Below are positions 58,688-64,000 of a stretch of DNA of 64,000 nt, piece by piece (the first letter of the stretch is position 1; each line of letters begins with the position of its first letter). The notes below the pieces were generated by a model, which was not told the origin of the DNA, searched no databases, and saw nothing but the letters and a program-made list of their open reading frames with translations. A program made the position numbers and the translations under genes. The DNA is from Candidatus Hydrogenedentota bacterium. Lineage in GTDB: Bacteria; Hydrogenedentota; Hydrogenedentia; Hydrogenedentales; SLHB01. Where the stretch lies: NCBI GenBank assembly GCA_963668025.2, contig CAXXTH010000017.1, forward strand, positions 1,248,001 through 1,312,000, read 5' to 3'.

Positions 58688-61600
58688 ATGAGCTTTAAGC
58701 CCCGATTGTCATCTGAGCGGCGATGCGAGATTTGCGGTGTGTTCGTGCTCGCATGCACGATTCTGTTGTTTCTTGCCCTTGTGACCGATGGATTCCATGG
58801 CGATATGCGCCGCCCCCTTGACGACATGAGCCAAGTGCCGAATGCCCTTGGCAAGCCGGGCGGCATTGCAGCGACGGTGTTGACGCTTGTGTTGGGGCGC
58901 GCCGCCCACATCCTCTATTGCGTGGGGGCCATTTGGGGCTGCATGCTCATGCTCCACATGCCCCTGGACCGCTTGTTTTCCCGGCTCAGCGGCCTGGTGG
59001 TGCTCGTGGTTGCCGCCGCCATGCTGTTCAGCATTGATGGGCCGTATGTGCTGCATGGCGCTGCGCTCACCGCGGCCGCCGCACCCAGTGACGCCATTCC
59101 AAAAGAAGAGCCTCTTGGAGGCCTTGTAGGCGCATTTTTGGCCGCCATGACAGCTCCCAATTTGGGCATGATCGGCGCGAATGTCATCGCGGGCGCGCTT
59201 ATTCTTGTAGGCATTTTGCTCTCGACGGAATTTTTGTTATTCCAGGCCCTCGGCCAAACAAAGCCGCTGTTTGTCGCCATGGGAGAGCTGGCGTATTACG
59301 TGGGATATGGCGTTTTATGGATGGCGGCCTGGATGCTGGGCGGCTTTTGGCGTCTATTAACGCAGCGCCGCACCAAGACAAGACGCCGGGTGCTCGTGCT
59401 CGCGCCAGAGCCTGCCATCGAGCGCTTCGATGACGATGAAGAATATGAGCCGGAGCTGCCCGTCGTACAGCCAGCGCCTCAAACGGTGCGGGAATTCATC
59501 GAGGTGGACCTCGGCTTTACGCCGCCTCCTGCATACCAAGCGCCTGCGCCCGCAGCGGCCCCATTGGAGCCTGCTATCGCGCCAATGGAAAATGTACATG
59601 CCCCCTCCGTATTAAATAGCGGTTTTATCGATGAGGGGGCGGACGAGATCCCGTTTGCGTTGCCCCCCATGGAGGAAAGTGTTGCGCTGTTTGATCCGGC
59701 CGCGACGCTTCCCGCCGCCCCGTTTGATTTGCCATCCGCCGCCCCAGTTCCGTTTGAATCGCCCGCTGCTGCTGTTCCATTCGAGATGCCATCCGAGCCT
59801 GTAGCGGTATTCGAGCAGCCCGTGGCACCGCCCGCTGAACGTATTGCGGAGCGGGAAATGCCTCGCATTGTCACATTCGCATCGCCGGTGTTAGCCACGG
59901 CGGCGCCCTCTCATGAAGAAGTGGAAGAGCCCATGGCGGAAGTATCGTGCGAACCGCCTGCGGCGGACTCGAATCTGATCGATTCGCTTGAAGAAGATGT
60001 GCAAGAGCGCATCCGTGTGGTGCAGCGCCTGATCGAGAATGGCGGCATTTCACAAGCCCCGGCAGCCGTTTCGGCCAACGACTCCGAACAAGAGGGGCAG
60101 GAGGAAGACGCGGCTTCCGAGAGTCTGGAAGCCGAATCGGAAATAGTTTCGGCTGTTCCACAGGCCACTGCTAAAAAAGTGAACACCAAGCCGCTTCCGC
60201 GCCGCAAGAATATGGAAATGGACGAGTTGCCCGCGGATTACGTATATCCCAAACGTTATGCCAAACCGCCCATCGACTTGTTTAATCCGCCGCCGCCTCG
60301 CTCGACCGCCGACCAGAGCAGCCATTTGCTGCGCACGAGCGCCTTGCTCGAGGAAACGCTACGGACGTTCAAAATCGAAGCGCGGGTGACGGATATTACG
60401 TGCGGGCCGACCATTACACGGTATGAACTGGAGCCCGCGCCGGGCATCAAAGTGAGCCGGTTCACTGCCCTTGCCGATGACATCGCCTTGGCCCTCAAAG
60501 CCCACCGGGTGCGTGTCGAAGCCCCTATCCCAGGCAAAGGGCGCGTGGGTGTTGAAGTGCCCAATATCCACCGGGAACCGGTGGTGTTCCGTGAGCTGTT
60601 GGAATCACAGAAATTTGCCAAAAGCAAAGGCGCATTGCGGCTGGTGGTGGGAAAAGACATCACCGGCGAGGTCGTCGTGGCCGATATGGCCGCCATGCCC
60701 CACCTGCTCGTGGCGGGCGCCACGGGCGCGGGGAAAACGGTCTGCGTGAAGACCATGATCGCAAGCCTGCTCTGCACGCTGACGCCCGAAGAACTGCAAG
60801 TGCTGTTTATCGACCCCAAAATGGTCGAATTGTCCATCTTCAACGATATCCCACACCTGATTACGCCGGTGGTCACCGATCCTAAAAAAGCCGCCACGTC
60901 GCTGCGCTGGCTCATCACCGAAATGGAGGAGCGCTACCGCCTCTTCTCCCACTTGCGCGTGCGGAACATCGAGGTGTACAACGCAAGTGTTGAAAACGGC
61001 GAGATCGAAATGCCTGAATCGGAAGGGCATGCGGTGGATTCCGTGGATGTCATCCGGAAACTGCCTTATATCGTCTGCATTATAGACGAATTGGCGGACC
61101 TGATGATGCTGGCGCGGGCGGAAGTGGAAGACGCCATCGCGCGGCTGGCGCAATTGGCGCGCGCGGTGGGGATTCATCTTATCATCGCGACGCAGCGTCC
61201 TTCCGTGGATGTATTGACCGGTGTAATTAAGGCGAATTTCCCGGCACGCATGTCGTTCCAAGTCTCCTCGAAGGTCGATTCCCGCTGCATTCTGGACCAG
61301 ATGGGCGCGGAGAAGCTGATTGGCAAAGGCGATATGCTGTTTCTGCCTGCTGGCCAGTCCAAACCTACGCGCGTGCAAGGGGCGTTCATCAGCGACGAAG
61401 AAATGAACGACCTAATCATGTATTTGAAGACACAAGCTCCGCCGCAGTATCGTGATGAAATTGCACGCTTCGGCTGTGATAAAGAAGCCCTCGAAAGCCT
61501 CGAGGGTGAGGACGACGATCTGTTTGAGGATGCCGTCCGGGTGGTTTTGGAGACGGGACAAGCCAGTATTTCGATGGTGCAAAGACGATTGCGAGTGGGG

Positions 61601-61720
61601 TATACTAGAGCCGCCCGCCTCATTGATATGATGGAAATGAAGGGGATTGTGGGGCCGCATGTGGGAAGCAAAGCGCGAGAGATCCTTGTCGAGATCACGC
61701 CTAGTGACGAGGTCGCATGA
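58688..61720 (+). CDS. ftsK: DNA translocase FtsK
   Basis: N-terminal TMs, Pro/Glu-rich linker, PHLLVAGATGAGKT, IDPKMVEL, ATQRPSVDV, gamma domain QRRLRVGYTRAARL. Confidence 0.96.
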   Translation: MSFKPRLSSERRCEICGVFVLACTILLFLALVTDGFHGDMRRPLDDMSQVPNALGKPGGIAATVLTLVLGRAAHILYCVGAIWGCMLMLHMPLDRLFSRLSGLVVLVVAAAMLFSIDGPYVLHGAALTAAAAPSDAIPKEEPLGGLVGAFLAAMTAPNLGMIGANVIAGALILVGILLSTEFLLFQALGQTKPLFVAMGELAYYVGYGVLWMAAWMLGGFWRLLTQRRTKTRRRVLVLAPEPAIERFDDDEEYEPELPVVQPAPQTVREFIEVDLGFTPPPAYQAPAPAAAPLEPAIAPMENVHAPSVLNSGFIDEGADEIPFALPPMEESVALFDPAATLPAAPFDLPSAAPVPFESPAAAVPFEMPSEPVAVFEQPVAPPAERIAEREMPRIVTFASPVLATAAPSHEEVEEPMAEVSCEPPAADSNLIDSLEEDVQERIRVVQRLIENGGISQAPAAVSANDSEQEGQEEDAASESLEAESEIVSAVPQATAKKVNTKPLPRRKNMEMDELPADYVYPKRYAKPPIDLFNPPPPRSTADQSSHLLRTSALLEETLRTFKIEARVTDITCGPTITRYELEPAPGIKVSRFTALADDIALALKAHRVRVEAPIPGKGRVGVEVPNIHREPVVFRELLESQKFAKSKGALRLVVGKDITGEVVVADMAAMPHLLVAGATGAGKTVCVKTMIASLLCTLTPEELQVLFIDPKMVELSIFNDIPHLITPVVTDPKKAATSLRWLITEMEERYRLFSHLRVRNIEVYNASVENGEIEMPESEGHAVDSVDVIRKLPYIVCIIDELADLMMLARAEVEDAIARLAQLARAVGIHLIIATQRPSVDVLTGVIKANFPARMSFQVSSKVDSRCILDQMGAEKLIGKGDMLFLPAGQSKPTRVQGAFISDEEMNDLIMYLKTQAPPQYRDEIARFGCDKEALESLEGEDDDLFEDAVRVVLETGQASISMVQRRLRVGYTRAARLIDMMEMKGIVGPHVGSKAREILVEITPSDEVA

Positions 61721-62190
61721 AACTGGAATCCTTCAACGGACAGATGCTCAGGGAACGGCGCATGGCAATGGGCCTGCGTCCAAAAGACGTGTACCTTAAG
61801 ACACGCATCCCCCAAGCATATGTGGAACATCTAGAGAGCGCCGCATTGGATGCGCTGCCTGCTCCGTGTTATACCGTGGGATTCCTGCGCTCCTATTGTG
61901 CTTTTCTAGGACTTGACGCCGAGCCGTTTTTACGCGCCTACCATGCATCCGTGCTGCCGCAGCAGCGCGTATTGTTCCGCCGGGGCGTGGCGATTCCTTC
62001 TTCCCGCCTTCGCGGGCTTTCAGACGCGCTTACCTGGGCTGCGGTATGCGCCTTTATTGGGCTGGCCTGGTTTGCGTATAGCGTGGTGGTCCAGCCTCAT
62101 GCGGATGTGGCCGAAAACCAAGTGGAAGCGACAACGAACCACATGGTCGTGCCGCCCACGCCCCAATGGCCTGGCCAGCCGCGCCCGTAA
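61717..62190 (+). CDS. rodZ: RodZ-like HTH membrane protein (short)
   Basis: GQMLRERR..GL..KTRI..LE..LP..YTVGFLRSY..LGLD plus one TM; follows ftsK. Confidence 0.75.
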   Translation: MKLESFNGQMLRERRMAMGLRPKDVYLKTRIPQAYVEHLESAALDALPAPCYTVGFLRSYCAFLGLDAEPFLRAYHASVLPQQRVLFRRGVAIPSSRLRGLSDALTWAAVCAFIGLAWFAYSVVVQPHADVAENQVEATTNHMVVPPTPQWPGQPRP

Positions 62191-62277
62191 AACTTCCCGT
62201 ATAAAACCTTGCACCAAAAAAAGCCCACCTAATGCGCAAGCCTAAGCCATTGCACTAGACGGGCATATGCGGCCTAT

Positions 62278-63279
62278 TCAGTTTTTCTTGGGTTGCATCA
62301 TCTGCTGCTGCAGCTTTGTCATACTTTCCATTTGCTGGATAAACGCATCCACTTGGCTCAGTTGATCCGGTTCAAGTGAGGTGGACAAGCGGTCCCGCGC
62401 CCGCTGGAAGGCGTCCAACTGGGCATTCTGTCCGGATGCTTGCCCCGTGGGATTCGAGAAATCGGCGCCTGTCGCCAGCAATTCCTCCGTAATAGTCTGC
62501 CTGGCCAGTTCGCGGCTTTCGGACGTAAGGCCGGGCGCCATCATACCGAGCTGCATGTCAATGCCTTTACTCACCATATTGGCTGATTTGTTGGCCTCAT
62601 AAGTTTCCCAAGTCGACATCTCGACGGGAGTGAGGACACTGCCCATTTGGGCGCGCAACGTTTTATCCAGTTCCGCCATTTTGGCTTGGGCGGCGGCGGC
62701 ATCGATTTTACCCTGCATCGCATCGAGGCCAATGCGCATGGCTTCCTTTTGATATTCCGATAATATGGATTTAGCTTGTTGCTGTTTTTCCGGGCTGAGC
62801 TGGGCTTCGTTGAAATAGTCGCCGTACATCATATTGAGCTGCGTTTGGACGCTCATATCCATCAAGGCTTCGCCCTTTTCACCTTCGAACATGGCCGCCA
62901 TTCCCGCCATGGGATTGGCGTTTTCACCCTCAGCCGGCTTGCCCTGTCCACCCAGCATCTTCGCGAATGCTTCGGCCATGCTTGGTTCGGCGGAAGCCTC
63001 TGGCGCTTTGGCGGCAGTTTCAGCCTTCTGCTTCAAATCGACAAGCTCCGCCTTGAGCGCGGCAAGATCATCGTCGGCTTTCGCAAGGTCGCTTTTCAGC
63101 TCCTTTATTACATCCTGCGTCTTTTCCTGCTCTGCTTGCGCGGTGGCTTGGGCTTGCTCCAACTGGCCGCGTAAATCCTTTACCACATTTTCGCGTGATA
63201 TGCCCCAAATGACTAGCGCGATAATGATCACGAAATCCATTGCGGCAACAAGCCATCCAATCCGGCCCATACCAGACAT
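62278..63279 (-). CDS. Membrane-anchored coiled-coil hypothetical protein
   Basis: N-terminal TM, coiled coil, Met/Gln-rich helical body; GGAGG RBS. Confidence 0.7.
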   Translation of the reverse strand: MSGMGRIGWLVAAMDFVIIIALVIWGISRENVVKDLRGQLEQAQATAQAEQEKTQDVIKELKSDLAKADDDLAALKAELVDLKQKAETAAKAPEASAEPSMAEAFAKMLGGQGKPAEGENANPMAGMAAMFEGEKGEALMDMSVQTQLNMMYGDYFNEAQLSPEKQQQAKSILSEYQKEAMRIGLDAMQGKIDAAAAQAKMAELDKTLRAQMGSVLTPVEMSTWETYEANKSANMVSKGIDMQLGMMAPGLTSESRELARQTITEELLATGADFSNPTGQASGQNAQLDAFQRARDRLSTSLEPDQLSQVDAFIQQMESMTKLQQQMMQPKKN

Positions 63280-63416
63280 ATTCGCCTCCCTCTTTTTGTA
63301 GCCGCCACGCCTGAACCTACCCACGGCGGTGTTTGCTAACGGTATACCATGTTATGGGTTCAGGTGTAAAACGCGCTGCATATAAATCCGTGCAAGCGCA
63401 AGGCGAAGGAGCCTGC

Positions 63417-63575
63417 TTATGTCTCCCCGTTCGCCGTCGGCATCAATTGCTGGAGTTGCTTTTGCTTTTTCATGATGCTTTCCCGTTGCAGAATATACCG
63501 GTCAATGAAGGCGATTTGGTCGGGCTTAAGTTCAGCGGCCAAGCGTTCCAGTGCATGCTGATACCAGGATTGAGC
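63417..63575 (-). pseudogene. C-terminal remnant of a paralog of 62278-63279
   Basis: AQSWYQHALERLAAELKPDQIAFIDRYILQRESIMK aligns with AQLDAFQRARDRLSTSLEPDQLSQVDAFIQQMESMTK. Confidence 0.6.
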
Positions 63576-63767
63576 TCAGAAACAGGAGTTCCCCCAGAAA
63601 AAGGGGTGTCATAACCGCAACTACTTATGCTGAATTGACTTACCTCTCTACAGAAGTATCCTTGGCGGATTTTGGGGGATCTTTCGTCAAGTTGAAACGG
63701 CCTCCCTGGTGCGAGAGAATCTTGGTGTGAAAAGCCACAACTCCAACGCAATCAAGGAGGACCGCCG

Positions 63768-64000
63768 ATGAATGCTACCAGAGTTGCTCGAAACTTGCGA
63801 GTTCGCATAGGGCGATTTTCGGGGGATCTCTCGAAAGGCCTTTGTGTAGCGGCCCAACGCTTCGTTTCCCAGATGGTGTACGGCATTCAGGCTTCCGAAT
63901 CGGTGCTGCTCACGGAGATAGGCCGAACCCTGGGGGAGGACATTCCCCTGCGCAAAACGCACAACCGGCAATCGAGGAATTTGCAGCGGCCCGAGTTGGA
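63768..64000 (+). CDS. Probable transposase N-terminus (runs off the window; IS left end near 63604)
   Basis: AAGGAGG RBS; open frame MNATRVARNLR..RFVSQMVYGIQASESVLLTEIGRTLGEDIPLRKTHNRQSRNL resembles N-termini of IS4-like DDE transposases. Confidence 0.6.
   Translation, partial: MNATRVARNLRVRIGRFSGDLSKGLCVAAQRFVSQMVYGIQASESVLLTEIGRTLGEDIPLRKTHNRQSRNLQRPEL

Noticed and set aside
59400-60250. Pro/Ala/Glu-rich repetitive segment in ftsK
   Set aside because: The normal variable disordered FtsK linker

Overview
Bacterial chromosomal window, mostly GC-rich. The gene content, with secreted glycoside hydrolases and many short intergenic inverted repeats, is reminiscent of Candidatus Hydrogenedentes or similar lineages; that taxon is a guess. 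Housekeeping genes include the ligA 3' end, an mla/MCE operon, aroD, ruvA, modF-like, argD/F/G, fabA-like, ppiD, hcp with an Rrf2 regulator, oppABCD, and ftsK with rodZ-like. The main highlight is a compact operon of 13 apparently intact phage-type genes (6357-17193, minus strand): portal, two paralogous capsid decoration proteins, prohead protease, a small XhlA-like protein, a LigD-phosphoesterase-like/scaffold fusion, major capsid protein, head-tail adaptor, Dit-like, hub/Tal-like and baseplate/fibre-like proteins, an M15 endolysin and a holin. I could not recognise a terminase, tail tube, tape measure, integrase, repressor or replication gene in it, and it contains host-type intergenic repeats. 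It looks like a domesticated gene-transfer-agent-like or short-tailed particle system rather than a prophage. Other items: a low-GC HEPN plus ATPase cassette (candidate defence system), a repeat-bracketed island with a TIR-like gene inside an exopolysaccharide cluster, two complete IS elements with TIRs and TSDs, a third IS at the right edge, several families of REP/MITE-like repeats, and a candidate structured ncRNA. All protein family calls come from motif recognition only, without database searches.
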